From contig NW_005434663.1 of NCBI RefSeq assembly GCF_000315625.1, positions 401,882 to 465,881 on the forward strand: DNA of 64,000 bases, written 5' to 3'. The DNA is from Guillardia theta CCMP2712. Taxonomy: Eukaryota; Protista; Cryptophyta. Within the stretch, counting starts at the first letter, position 1; every line of letters starts with the position of its first letter. The translations under genes were made by a program, and so were the position numbers. The notes below the pieces were generated by a model. That model was not told the origin of the DNA and ran no database searches. It saw only the letters and a program-made list of their open reading frames with translations. Below are positions 1 through 12,100 of the stretch, in pieces.

Positions 1-509
1 ACGTCTTCAGACAGAAATTACTTCATGTCTTACAGTCAGTGTATCATAAGGAGGTTGGTAGATGTCAATACTGCAAGACAACAAATTGACTGTTTAAGGA
101 AGTTCGAAGATATCAAAGAAACAACAGCAAGATAAACACAGGCACACCATCACATCAGAATACCTTCACTTCACTTCCCCTTTGAACATGTATCAGCTAG
201 ACTCAAAAGAACTGAGGAAATCTTGCAACGTCAAAGGTTTTTCTTAGAGAGATTTTAAGGGTGTTTTGACCTCTGAACCTTCACTATTCACTTATTTTCA
301 GATAAAGTAATCACACCTACTTGAAAATTGAGAGTTGATTTCGACAATCGTGAACCAAACTAAGCAGAATGATCCATCTTGGGTAATAATTATTCAATAT
401 TTTACAACAAACACGGATTGAGAGAAAAAGCCGGCGATAGGGCTGATACGAGACAGACAAAACAGCATGGTAAAGCACATAATTGTTGAGTTTTTCGTTG
501 AATTTGATG

Positions 510-3500
510 TCATGAGGTTTCATCCCAACCTTGTCTCATTGCTGCATTCCCGTCATGAGTTGCAAGCACCTGGACGATCTTGTCATCGTCAGACTGCTTG
601 AGGAGGTCGCTGTTAGGGCTGTACACTTCCGTTAGGACCTTCTGGATGACGTCAGCATGCAGCCGCTCCTGTTCTCTCTTCAGGTCAGCCACGACGGTCG
701 GATAAGAGGCGAGGCCAGACGATTTGGCTCCGAACACAGCGGTGGAGAGGATAAGAGAGACGATGCTGAGCATGGAGACCCCATCCGTCAGAGCGAGAGA
801 GATGGTCAGTGAGATGCACATGGTAGGTAACGCTTCAACCATGATCAAGAACAAGTCCGACCGAAGCCTCTCTCGCGCGCGTTGCAATGTGTCTATAACA
901 TCCAGTTGCGATGGCTTATGGACTTCGAGCGAGTTTGATCGGATCATCGAAAAAGCTTCAGAGAGCTTCTTCAAGACAACTTCCTTCTGCTCGTCTTGCA
1001 CCTTTGCTTCTTCCGGGTTCACCTTGCTCGAGAACGATGAAAACATTGAGTTTGACCTGCGGAGAGAAGAATTTGCCGCTGCCTCTGCATGCTTGTTGAT
1101 GAAGCGCAGGTGGTGCTTCTGGTTCTTCTGGATGATGATGTACTGGAAGTGCCTTACGGTCAGACGAAGGTTGTGCAATGTTGAGATCCAGCCTAACACG
1201 ATGAAGAGAATGCAGACGGGGATCAGGTCCACGAGCTCGTCGCGTACAAGCACCAGGTTTGAGAAGCAGACAGTGAAGGAGGTGATGTCTCCGAGGTTGA
1301 TCAGGATGTCACCGACCAGGCACACTTCCTCAGAGAAAAGCGTGGCAACGAGTTTGTCGAAGTCAAGCTTGCCGCTCTTGAAAGCCCAGGCAGAAGACAA
1401 CATGACGAGGAGCATGACAGCCCCAGCAGTTCCTGCTGTCACGTAGCTTGTCAAGCTCGACGAGGCCTTGGGAGGGTTTAAGATGCTCTTGCCGTCGCAT
1501 CGCAACTTCTCCAGCTCCGCATGCGCCTCAACCGACGGCTGGAAGCCGATGGGAGCGAGTCCAGCCTTCTGCAGAGGCGCCGCGTAATCGATGTGGGTGA
1601 ACTCCCCACGGCTGATGGGTGGCCGAACATCCAGCCCATGAAGAAGGCGCTGGAATAAGCCTGGTCCTTGGAGGAACAGTCGTGCATCGGATTGACGTCG
1701 CTCGTTTTGTCCATAAGGGCGAGCACGTTAAAGGCTTCGGAGAGGGGATAGCATCCGTCTGCCACTGAGCCGGAGGAGAGCACGTAGGACCCATCCCCCT
1801 GCAGCGCCTTCTGGCTCGCGCACTTCAAGACCGCATCCACCGAGTAGCCTACCGACCCCTCCGCGTCCTGGAACTTGGCGACTTTCACAGTGCTTGGAAG
1901 CTCATTGAGGGGACCGAACCCAGCGCTCAGCTTCCTCTCAGCCAAGACGCCCATGAACTGCGCCAGAGAAAGCTCCGCTGCACATTGCCACGAGGCCATG
2001 GTGAAGGTCTTGTCGTACTTGTTGAGGATGTCGGTGGCAATCTGTCTTGTCTCTGAGTCCGCTTCCGGGCAGGCCAGGTACATGTCTTGGCTCTTGAGCT
2101 CGCTGCTCATGTCGCCGTTGAGAGTCTTCCCATCTGCCCCCAAGGCGACCAGGTCGGACCACTTGGGGCTCTTTGTGGAGAGAAGCTTGGTAATCATCTG
2201 CCCGGTCACAGTGATTTCGTGCTTGTCAAATGCACAAGACTTGGCAGTAAGAACATCCCCACAGAGGTTGACGATGAGACCGAAGCCAAGCCCAGCTGGT
2301 TGAAATGGTGTCAAGGTCTCAAAGTCATCAGACCTTCTCACCTAATGGGATCATCACGGTCTTTGCATCACTAGCCCATATTGAGTTGCTTCCTGTTCGC
2401 ACGATAGCAAAGCCGCCGCGAACACTGATGGACTCCTGATACGCGTCCAGCGAGGTGTACTTCTTCTTGATCTGCCTTCAGCATGAGAGATCATCACCAA
2501 CACTCGTCAAGTCATTCGACCTGAACCAGCGCCGTGGCATCCACCTGCGAGTAAGCTTGTCCCAGCACGTGCAGAGCGCTCAGGAAAAGAGGCACTATGG
2601 AACCAGAGATGATCTCCTCGTCTTCGCTGGAGTACACGGCTTTGCCTTCACAGAGTATATCTGATCTTAGCCTTGCAAGCACCTTCGCCCTCACGATCTC
2701 TGGAAGCGGAGAGAATCCATGGATACGAGCGAGGTTTCTCGCGACGCTTGACTGATGGAACCAGTTCCAGAGCTTCATCGTTGCCTTCCTGTGCTCACAG
2801 GATGCTCCGGTACGCAAAGTGTTCTTCCTCATGACCAGATAGGTGTACCCAACCATAGGCCAAGCCTGCGATCCAGAAGCCGCGTGAACGTCTGCCGTCA
2901 GCCGCTCCGGGTCGTCGCCATTGTTTCCAAAGTCTGCAATGCAAGGGGTTTCATTAACAAGACGACGCTCTCAAAGCCGATGTTACCTAGTCCTTTTCCG
3001 AGACGGCGAACTCGACCGACTCTGTGCTCGCAACCACCGGCTTGGACGACGTGCCGGTCAGGAGCTCAGGCACAGGAAGCTCAAGGTCCAGCGCGTTCCC
3101 CAGCACTGAGTATCCCATGGAGTATGGAGTGGCCAAGACTGCGGAAGCCACTCCCTCATTTCCTTCGCGCATGTTGTAGACGGACGGGTCAGTTTTGTTC
3201 CACTTGTTGGAAGAATCTTCGCCTATGCTGGTCTTGAAGCTCTGATAGGCTGCTGAAAGAGACTTCTTCCATATTTCGGTTGTTCCAGACTTGTCGTAGC
3301 GCACAAATAGCTTGATGGTTGTGTTCAGACCCTGGAGAACCTTGCTTGAAATGGGACTGTTGCTATTATCAGCAATGATGTCCTTGTGGTTCCAATACCT
3401 ATAATACTCATGATGAGCTATCTACATAGAGTCTCACATCAATTACCTGATTTCACCTGCAAAGATCTTTGCGACAGTCCGCGTCTTTAGCACCAGGGAA

Positions 3501-3889
3501 ATCTTCGCTTCCATGAGCTCAGGCAAGTTGTAGATGGGAACTACTGCCCCAGCAACGGCAGGATACATCTGCAGATCAGGATATGAAGCATAATCACTGT
3601 TTGACAGCAGGGAATCTGAGCCAGCAAAGTCTATGTTGTACGGCTGTCCATACTCGTCCGGTGTCTGTTTATCTCCGTCTTTGATTCTCGACTTTCCTCC
3701 CCATGATCCAGTGTCCAAGTATGTGATCGAGACATCTGACTGTACGAAACGATATGCAAAGATCGCGTCAGTGTAAAGGGCCTTTGGAAATGTCGCGCCG
3801 GCACCCATGATGTCAAGCGCATCGGAACGGTAACACCACAACGCACATGATTGCAGAACAACGAGGACGTATGACGGTTTCGCGGGCAT
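510..3889 (-). CDS. Multi-exon membrane protein: signal peptide, PstS-like phosphate-binding domain, second divergent PBP-like domain, C-terminal multi-TM region; two apparent -1 frameshifts (~2995, ~1617)
   Basis: PstS motifs GAGATFP, TGSWGG, DFAGSD, AGAVVPIYNLP, KIFAGEI^YWN, VRYDKSGTT, GNEGVASAV, MGYS, WPMVGYTYL. Second repeat ends GCYPLSE...GLAPI...LRCDGK, paralleling GFSPLP...ILCEGK. About 5 hydrophobic helices in 510-1440. GT-AG introns near 3400-3446, 2936-2986, 2472-2521, 2342-2401. Confidence 0.85.
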
Positions 3890-3939
3890 CGAAGAAAGGA
3901 TGCACTGCTCTAGAAGGAGCGAGAGACAATGGGAGGACT

Positions 3940-4015
3940 AGGGCAGGGGCAGGGTCAGGGGCAGGGTCAGGGGCAGGGTCAGGGTCAGGGGCAGGGGCAG
4001 GGGCAGGGGCAGGAG
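3940..4015. repeat. (GGGGCA/GGGTCA)n hexamer tandem repeat upstream of the PstS-like gene
   Basis: About 12 hexamer copies seen directly; source of the spurious PAPAPD and GAGSGA ORFs. Confidence 0.9.
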
Positions 4016-4194
4016 GGACTGCAGGCAGCCTGAAGCGGGGGAGGAGATGGATTGCTAGGTTTTCTTTACGACTTTTCAGCTGCGGGAGGGGCGTATCTCG
4101 AGGTAAATAACGGCTGCTCGAATCCTCGTCCTCGAAAAGAGATCTTTTCGACTGTGTGGTAAATGAAGGAGTCACAGTGTTGGAGATGATCAGA

Positions 4195-4655
4195 GAGTAC
4201 TAGTAGATCGTACTGATTCAAGTTTAACTTAACTTTGAGTACAGAACTAGTAGATCTAGTAAAATAAGTAGATCTGAGTTGCCATCAGCGAGTAGATCTG
4301 ACTGAGGAGTTGTTTGAGGCAAGGGAGTCTTTGTCTTTACATGTCGGTTGTCACTAGACTCTGCATGTCCGGCCCGGTCGCGGCCGCCGCCGCGTTGACC
4401 AACCGGCGGCGCCGCGCACTCCGTTGCGCGGCCCGGCTGGCTGGGGGCCGGGCCGGGCCTGACACCGTCCGGCGCAGACGCCGGTACTCAGGACCCGAGG
4501 CCCGGAGGCTCGGGATTCTCGGACCCGAAGTTCCGAGGTGCCGACCAGCCTACAACTTTAATAGCACCTGTAGACTATGTTCCTACGGATCCCTTGGTCA
4601 TATAGGTAAACAGGGGTGGTTTAGGTTTATGACAGGGGTGGGGGGGGGGGTGAGG
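4195..4655. promoter_or_regulatory. Divergent intergenic element: AGTAGATC x4, shared TACTCAAAGTTAAGTT..AATCAGTAC motif (minus strand), GC-rich CCGG island, G-rich tract
   Basis: AGTAGATC at ~4202, 4249, 4267, 4291; motif at 4209-4242; island 4370-4540; lies between divergent genes. Function inferred. Confidence 0.5.
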
Positions 4656-5026
4656 AAAGTTTGACGACTGCAGGCGCGATGAAGAATTGCAGACAGCAGG
4701 GCAGGAGGACGGAGGGCAGAAGAAAGGAGAGACAAGGAGAGGGAGGGAGGGAGTGAGATTGCAGGGATGCAGGCAGGGATGCAGGCAGGGATGGAGCTAG
4801 GGAGGGGAGAGGGGAGCTAAGGAGAAGATAAGGTCTTGCAGAGAATGGTACCCAGTGGATAGAAGCAGTGTATTTGAGATACGAGGACGCAGTGTCGTGC
4901 ATGGTAAAAAAATCTAAGAAGTGACGAAAGGGATACAGGAAGGGGCAGCAGGAGGTGCAGAAAAGGGGCGGAGGGCTGTCGGTCGTGTTCGCGGAACAAG
5001 AAAAAGCTATACATAGGAGGTGAAGG

Positions 5027-6787
5027 ATGTCGCGCTACTACTATCAGGATGAGTTTCAAGTTCCCGAGGATACAATAAACCAGCCCGAAGCCTCACTTTC
5101 AGTGCATCTGCGACGGTCAAAGAACCTGATAGCCAACGCCAAAGAACTACTAAATGAAAATCCATTCGATGATATAGGGAATGAGAAGAGGGTGGAATCA
5201 GGAAAATGTCGCTCGAGCGTGAGTCTTGAGAACTTCTGAAAGCGCACGACTGAATTCTTATAATTGCAGATCGGTATCATGTTCACCGGAAGTAGGATAG
5301 GTAACTCAGGCAGGAAATGTGTCCCATGATTGACTTGGTTGCATCTAGAAAATTTGATGGCAGGGGGTCCAGCTCAGCTTTCAGGCGAGCTTGACGTCGG
5401 TGACGTGGTGCTGTATGTGGACGGACACCATGTGGAAGGTGATGCGCTGCGAATGGGAACATACCTGCGAGGAGATGACATACCTGGTACGATGATGTCA
5501 TTGATCGTGAAGAAATCAAATGTAAGAGCTGTTCAAGAAGTGAACCTGCATTCTCTGACCTTGCTGCATTCTCAGGGTGCGGTGAAAAATGTTGAACTGA
5601 CCCGGATGTCGTCGTCAAACATCCAAGACACGAGAAAAGTTCTCGAGATGTTCTCTGCGCTGAGGGCAACGCTAGCGAGCAAATCAGATGCGGAATCGGT
5701 GCAGCAGTTGGACCGTATTTACGAATTGTGGGCAAGCATACAGGCTGCGGAGAACGGCCGATCGAAGGGCACGAGGGATAGGCTTGAGAATCAGCTGATT
5801 CAAACCAAGCTTGTTTTGGGTAAATTAGATGAGACAATGAGGGAGATCGCAGAGATCGTGGAATCTTATCACTCGAGAGAAGATCCCAAAAGTCGGAGCT
5901 ACCAAGACCGGAACCTGACATATGACAGGATGACGTATGAGGAATTGCAGCTGGAGAATAATACATTGAGAGCCGAGATCATCAGGTTGCAAGACCAGAT
6001 GATGCAGAACGAGCAGATCGCAGTCCGAGAGTCAGAAATCGCCAGGAACGAGATGAGTCTCATCGTCGCCGAGACCAGGAGGCTTCAGGATACCTTGCAG
6101 CAGCTCAAGCTCCGTTCGAGCGTCAGTAACATTGAATCGCCTGATAGCCGTCGCTCTAGTCCACCTCGGGAAGACTCCCCCTTGGGCTACCGAGATTCCT
6201 GGCTGGGCCCTGCGGGTCGGACGGCTGGTATGTTGCATGTTTTGAGGACTTTGCCTGTTGATTTCACTCCTGCGTCCTCGACCTTCGCTCCTTGTTGATG
6301 GTTTGCATGCGACTCCTGCTACTGCTTGTTCATGACGATGACACTCAGCAAGGTTCTCTTGAAGTTCCTCCCCCCCCTCCCCCTCCTTCTCTTCTTGTCA
6401 CTCTCTCTCATTCACCTGACCCTCACGATGTGACAGGCAGCGAGTATCTGAGTCCCCTCAAGTCTCCCATCCAGCAGCGATCAAGCTTCTCCCCTCTCTC
6501 GAGCTCAGTCATTGGGAATGACCGATCGAGCTCGCCGTATCCAGCGACCTTCGCCTCCATGGATTCTCTGCAGGTATCGTTTTCTCCTCCCGCAGTCTCT
6601 CCCTCACTTTCTGCTCTCTCAGGCCAACGAAGTTCCTCCGCTGGTCTCTCAGGTCACAAGACTCGCTGATTCGCAGACCAATCACACGCTTCAACCCACC
6701 CCCTCTGCCTCGTCCTACACGAACCACCCACCCAACCCGAGCGTTTTGCGATCAGCGACCCCTCCCATGCATGGGCGATATGTGTGA
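5027..6787 (+). CDS. PDZ-domain and coiled-coil protein (multi-exon)
   Basis: IGIMF...LENLMAGGPAQLSGELDVGDVVLYVDG...LRGDDIPGTMMSLIVKK is a PDZ signature, followed by heptad-rich helices and an S/P-rich tail. Confidence 0.75.
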
Positions 6788-6837
6788 GAGTAGTAAGAAG
6801 AAATTTCACAGAAACTAGTACAACAAGCAACCAATCT

Positions 6838-8643
6838 CTACCGTCCTTCATTCTGCTTCTCTGCCTTCGCTGCATCCCACCACGAGATTGCTTGATCCAG
6901 AGCCGGTTGCTTCCCGCCCAACGCATCGATTGCCTGCTGCCAGAACGCCTTGTCCTGCAGCAGCCCGTCTAACAGCGCTCTCTTCTCAGCTTCAGCCGCA
7001 GCCGCCTTGGCCTGCGAGAGGGCATACGTGATCTTGGAGTTGTCGCTTGGATACTGGCAGAGACTCGTGTCGGTGTAGTCAGGAATTGAGGCCGTAGGGC
7101 TGCAAGCCAGCGCCTTGTGCGCGAGGAGGAACTTGCTGACTATGTCTTGCTTCACAGCCTCCACCGCCAACAGCTTATTGTAAGTCGCCTGCTGATCGTT
7201 CACTGCCGCCAAGGCTGCTTGCTCGTTCGCTTGCGCTGTCTGAAGTGCTGTGTCTGCTGCCGTCTGCTCCGCCTGTGCCGAGCTCAAGGCTGCCTCAGCT
7301 GCAGACACGGACATCGTGGAGGCGGATTGCGCTGCGTTATAGGAGCTATAGTAAGCACAGCTCCCCTCGATCGCCGTGACGTTGCCCTCGGCGTAGCTGA
7401 CCTGCTCTGCTGCGCTGCTCACAGCGGCGACATCTGCAACAGTGTTGCAGTTGGACAACCCTGACGGGGAGCAGCTCGATCCCGTGGCATCCGTCACAGC
7501 CGACAGCGCATCTTGGTACGCTTGCTGCGCACTCTGAAGGGTTGCCAGAGCGGAAGCCAAGTCGGGGCAGTCAGTCTGTAGCGTTTGGTCTGCGGTCTGT
7601 GCTGCTTGAGCAGCAGTCAGGTCTGCTTGAGCAGCTGTCACTTTGCTGTTGGCGGAGTCAAGAGCAGACTGAGCAGCCGCAGTTGCCTGCACCATGGCGT
7701 CATAGGTGGACTGATACTGCTGCAGCAGAGTGTTAGCAGCATCGGCCGCCTGAGTCGCTGCGGTGAGCTCGTTCTGAGCGTATCCGAGGTCTCGCTCGAT
7801 CATGTACTTGTATGTTGCAACCTTGCTGGCTGCAGCAACAGCATCTGACACATACTTCTCCCCCGCGTTCGCCCAGTTGTCTTCGAACGTCAAGTCGCCA
7901 GCCTCCAGCCTCTTGAGGGCATCTGCAGCCATGACTTCCGTGCCCTCCCCCTGTCCGCCGTTGTCCTTCTCAAGAGCCTCCTCTTCCATGGCTTGAGCTA
8001 CCAGGAGCTGGTTCTGCTCACTGGAGTAGAACGTGTCGATGGCTGTCAGCAGGGTCGTTCGGTCGTACCTCCTTCCCTGAATCACCAAAGAACCTCCGAT
8101 GGCTCCCTGTACCTTCGAGAGCTGTTGCACTTTCACAGCTCCAAAGTGCGTCGGAATCGTGTAAGAGCCAGCATGGAGCTTCTTCAAAATCTTCATCACT
8201 GCTCTCTCCGCCTGCCCCTTCCAGTAGGCCCTCCCATGGCGCCCTCGCACCCGGCTGGTTGCAAGACTGGCATGACGTTTTCTGGCAGTATGCCAATGGG
8301 AGGATGATAGGAGGGGTATGGGAGGGCCATCAAGTTCAGTGGTGTCGCTGTGCCATGGGAGGAGAACAAGACACGTGGTTGCTAGCAGGAGCAGGAGGCA
8401 CGAGGAGACCAGGAGAGGGGAGGACCTGACAAGAGTCTGCAACGAGCGAGAGGGAGCATTCGAAAATGATGAGTGCAAGGAGCAGGAAATGCAGGAGCAG
8501 GAGTAAGAAGTGTGGGAAGAAGAGTTGGAGCAGGAAGAGCAGGAGGAGCAGGAGGAGCAGGAGGAGCAGGAGGAGCAGGAGGAGCAGGATGCGTTCGGCG
8601 CGCCATGGCACTTCGCCTTGAGCGGCTGCCGCTCCCCCAGCAT
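6838..8643 (-). CDS. Membrane-anchored or secreted Ala/Gln-rich coiled-coil protein with Cys loops
   Basis: 620-aa ORF. N-terminal hydrophobic LLVSSCLLLLLATTCLVLL, then long AAQ/TAA heptads interrupted by Cys-containing segments. The SCSSCS stretch (8440-8590) is probably an intronic microsatellite. Confidence 0.7.
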   Translation of the reverse strand: MLGERQPLKAKCHGAPNASCSSCSSCSSCSSCSSCSSCSNSSSHTSYSCSCISCSLHSSFSNAPSRSLQTLVRSSPLLVSSCLLLLLATTCLVLLPWHSDTTELDGPPIPLLSSSHWHTARKRHASLATSRVRGRHGRAYWKGQAERAVMKILKKLHAGSYTIPTHFGAVKVQQLSKVQGAIGGSLVIQGRRYDRTTLLTAIDTFYSSEQNQLLVAQAMEEEALEKDNGGQGEGTEVMAADALKRLEAGDLTFEDNWANAGEKYVSDAVAAASKVATYKYMIERDLGYAQNELTAATQAADAANTLLQQYQSTYDAMVQATAAAQSALDSANSKVTAAQADLTAAQAAQTADQTLQTDCPDLASALATLQSAQQAYQDALSAVTDATGSSCSPSGLSNCNTVADVAAVSSAAEQVSYAEGNVTAIEGSCAYYSSYNAAQSASTMSVSAAEAALSSAQAEQTAADTALQTAQANEQAALAAVNDQQATYNKLLAVEAVKQDIVSKFLLAHKALACSPTASIPDYTDTSLCQYPSDNSKITYALSQAKAAAAEAEKRALLDGLLQDKAFWQQAIDALGGKQPALDQAISWWDAAKAEKQNEGR

Positions 8644-9043
8644 GGTATGCAGTGCGCGAAGAGCCGCTGGATCAATTTTTTTTCTATTTTCTTGCAACAA
8701 AACTGTAAAAGAAAAAAAGGTTGCGATTGGCCCGCCGGGGAAGTTTTAATACTTGAAAGCCGATCGACTCGACGATGGTCAGACCCTGTGGACTGACGGG
8801 GTTGTGAGTTCGAGTCATTCGAGTTGTGAGCTCGAGTGTTATTGTTATGGTCAAGACGTTCACCTTGACTCAGTGAGCGTGACTTTCAGCTGGATCAGAG
8901 AAAGACATTTTTTCAACGAGATAGAGTGACCGGGAGGGCCGGAGAGGCTCTAAATCTTCAGCTCACTGCCCATCGTACGGCAGCCCATCGTCCGACGTGT
9001 AGAAGACTAGGCGGCTCGCCTGCTCCTCACGTCAGTGAAATTG

Positions 9044-9143
9044 NNNNNNNNNNNNNNNNNNNNNNNNNNNNNNNNNNNNNNNNNNNNNNNNNNNNNNNNN
9101 NNNNNNNNNNNNNNNNNNNNNNNNNNNNNNNNNNNNNNNNNNN
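9044..9143. other. Assembly gap (100 N)
   Basis: Run of N. Confidence 1.
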
Positions 9144-12100
9144 GCCTATGCAGACCCGGCACTCAACTCGGAGTCGGGGGGGAGGAGGAGGAGGATTGTG
9201 ATCACAGGGTCTCTCTCTTCGCTCTCTGTGAGGCACTTGATCGACTGTGACAGGCTCATGTCAGCTCCAACCTCAAGGCTGCTGGGCTGACTCACATATT
9301 GTTTCCTATCGTAGTTCAGCTGGACATCAGCTGGGACTTCGATGTTGAGCTCTAACATAGCCTGAATAGTCGTGAGGAGGGAAGGAGGAGCAGGAGGAGA
9401 GGAGGACGAGTAGAAATAGGTGATAGGCGAGGAGGGGGGGGGGGGAGAAAGAGAATGGATGTGGATCAGAGGAGAAAAGGGGCGAAAAGGAGAGGAGAGG
9501 AGGAACAGGCAGAGAAACAGGAAGGGATCGAGGGGCGGGGGAGATCACCTTGGCCAGCAGCAGCAGATGCTCGAAACAACCCGCGAAGAATACGACTTCC
9601 ATGTCCTTTTCCAACGACTGTCAGCCCTGGGGAGCGAACAGGGCAGCAGCAGTACATTCATGTGAGGGAAGAAGTAGAAGAGAGAACGAGATGTGAAGGC
9701 CAAGATCGCGCATTGAAACACAACTGCGGCATGCCACGTCACTGCGGCAAGGTGGGAACAGCAGGAGGCTACCGGCGAGGATAGCGGTGATGTCCAAGAT
9801 TTGCATCCACACGCCGATGTCTTTGAGACGCGAGTAGCTGAGGGAATTTCAACCTCCCACAAGATTGCAGAGAATGGGGGGAGAAAGAGCTAAGGATGGT
9901 TGAAGAGAGGGAGGGAGGGAGGGAGGGAGGGAGGTAGGGAGGGAGCTCTTGGGAGACCTTGGACGTCTGACATCGTGGAGAACATAGGTGGCATTTCTCC
10001 GCAAATGCCAGATGTTGAAGACAACAGAAAGCAACGCGAGGAGGGGAAAAGCAGCTCCGAAGAACATCACGTAACCTGCTTCAAGGATCTGCAGAGCACC
10101 CACGTCAGGTGAGTCTTGATTTGTCATCCGTTTGACAGGTCCAAGCACAGACCTTGTCCAAGTAAAGTTGGTTCATGCCTGTAGAAAACGAGATGAGGAA
10201 AACGGAAGTAGGAGGGGATGAAGCGACGAAACTCAGGTCCAGCTAGGACGACAGCTTACCCGAATGCTTCACTGGGACCGGAATCTTCTGCACGATGTAG
10301 GACTTGGCTGCAAGATTTGAATGAGATGCTCTGATGCCAGAGACAACGAAGACTCACAGTCAAGACTTGGTTTCTTAAACTCTCGGAGCGTTTCCTTGAT
10401 TCGCATCGGATCTTTTCGTTACCGTCAGATGAGCGAAGAAAGGCAGGTCGATGAAGCTAAGAACCTTCTTTCGCCTCTTCTTGCTCCTGCAGTACATCTC
10501 CAGTGAGCGAGAAATCATCAGACAACGATCCTTCACCTTCGCATAGTCCAGAGGTTGACTAAATCTCACCCTTCACATCATCATTAGAAAATCCTCAATC
10601 CATCTCTCACGTTGGACCTCAGGGTGTCTACCACGAAGGAGAAGGCGTAGACCACGTAAACAATCACTACCATCATGGACAAGTAATTGAGGCAGAACTT
10701 GTCCTGTACGGTACGCAAAGTCAGCAGCTAGCCCTTGAGCTCAGCTCGAGGTCGACCGGGCAAGAAACGTCGACACCGAAGGGCTGGAAGTTGTTTGCCA
10801 GGACCGCAACGAAGAAGAGAGCTGCAGAGCTCGTGTCAGGATGCGGACAGGGAGGTTTGTCACATAGCCAACCGAAGTATGAGTTGACTTGTCCGAAGGC
10901 AAAGAGCTTGGCCACAAGAGCCGCATCGTACTGTTTGCCATGAACATGGTTCAGGGGGGACAACAACACTATCACACCATTCACCAGCGACATCGTTTTC
11001 CAGTTCTCAAAGTCTGTCGTCATGAATTCCAGCGCCATTCCTGGTCCTAAGGGTGAGCGCAGGATCAAGTATGTTTCCCTCTCCACCTCCCAGAACTTTC
11101 AATACGCAGATCAGCACGGCCTGTCATGAGAAAGACATCAAATTCTTTTCCTTGTCGAATCATCGTCCTCTTGACACGAACCTGTGCGACGGTCCCAACT
11201 ATCTTGATCGCTAACTCCCCTCCTCCTGCTCCTCATTTAGACAGTCTTCCAACACACAAAAGCAAAAGTATGCAACACTTGCCTCCCGCCGCCGCTGCTC
11301 CTTGTATCTTCACTACCTCCAATCCCATGTAAAGTACAACAGCAACCTGGAAACCATTCAGCCTTCCGTCTCTCCAAGTCTCATCGGATTACCGCGATGA
11401 AGAAGCAAACGACAATCGCGCTTCCAATCGGCCTGAAGATCGCTACGAAAGGGTCTGAATAGAATTCCTGCCAAGTAGAGGCGGGCGTCACTGGTGGGAC
11501 GGCAGCGAGCTGCTCAACCTCCTTGAGAGTGTTGGAGTTGAGCTTCTTATACGTGTAAGGGTGCTGAACGAACTCCGAGCGATCTTCCTGCAGCAGCGAG
11601 AAGTCGGAGAGCAAGATGATCGACATCATTTGTGAACCTCCACAAGATGATCGTCAATCGTCCCCCACTCCAGCTGGTACACCATCTGCAACCGTTTCCA
11701 CCCGTAGTTGAAATAGACCGTCCACAGCGCTGGCACTGGCGTCAGTCGAGGTCCAAGGACAGTCAAGGGCACACCGAGGAAACCAGCATAGAGGCAGACG
11801 TAGGGGTTGTCAATCGAACTTGTTTCTCCGTAGGCCGTCATGCTGGCGGCAAACACGAAGATGCCTGACCAAGAGAGCCGATCCCATCAGAGTTATTTCT
11901 CCACTCCCTCAGCAGCGTTTCCGTCACCGGTCAAGGCTGGAACCCACAGCATTTGAAGCAGGTATCCATGCCATGCGAAGTAGAGCGCTATGCCTTCACC
12001 GAAGTACTCGCGGATGTCTTCCAGTGGCTACATGTGACACATCAAACACAAACCCGGTGAAGAAGAGGGAGGAACCTGTTTGCTCAAGTAGGTCTGACAC

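Noticed and set aside
1-135. Possible last exon of an upstream + strand gene
   Set aside because: Too short and truncated by the window edge to support.
724-2303. Long + strand ORFs (724-1446, 1875-2303) and similar ones such as 14443-15417, 34623-35417, 54156-55539 and 57073-57834
   Set aside because: Antisense or alternate-frame shadows of real GC3-rich genes; no independent motifs.
2987-3889. pstS as bacterial contamination or part of a pst operon
   Set aside because: Interrupted by spliceosomal introns, fused to a TM region, and no pstC, pstA, pstB or phoU in the window.
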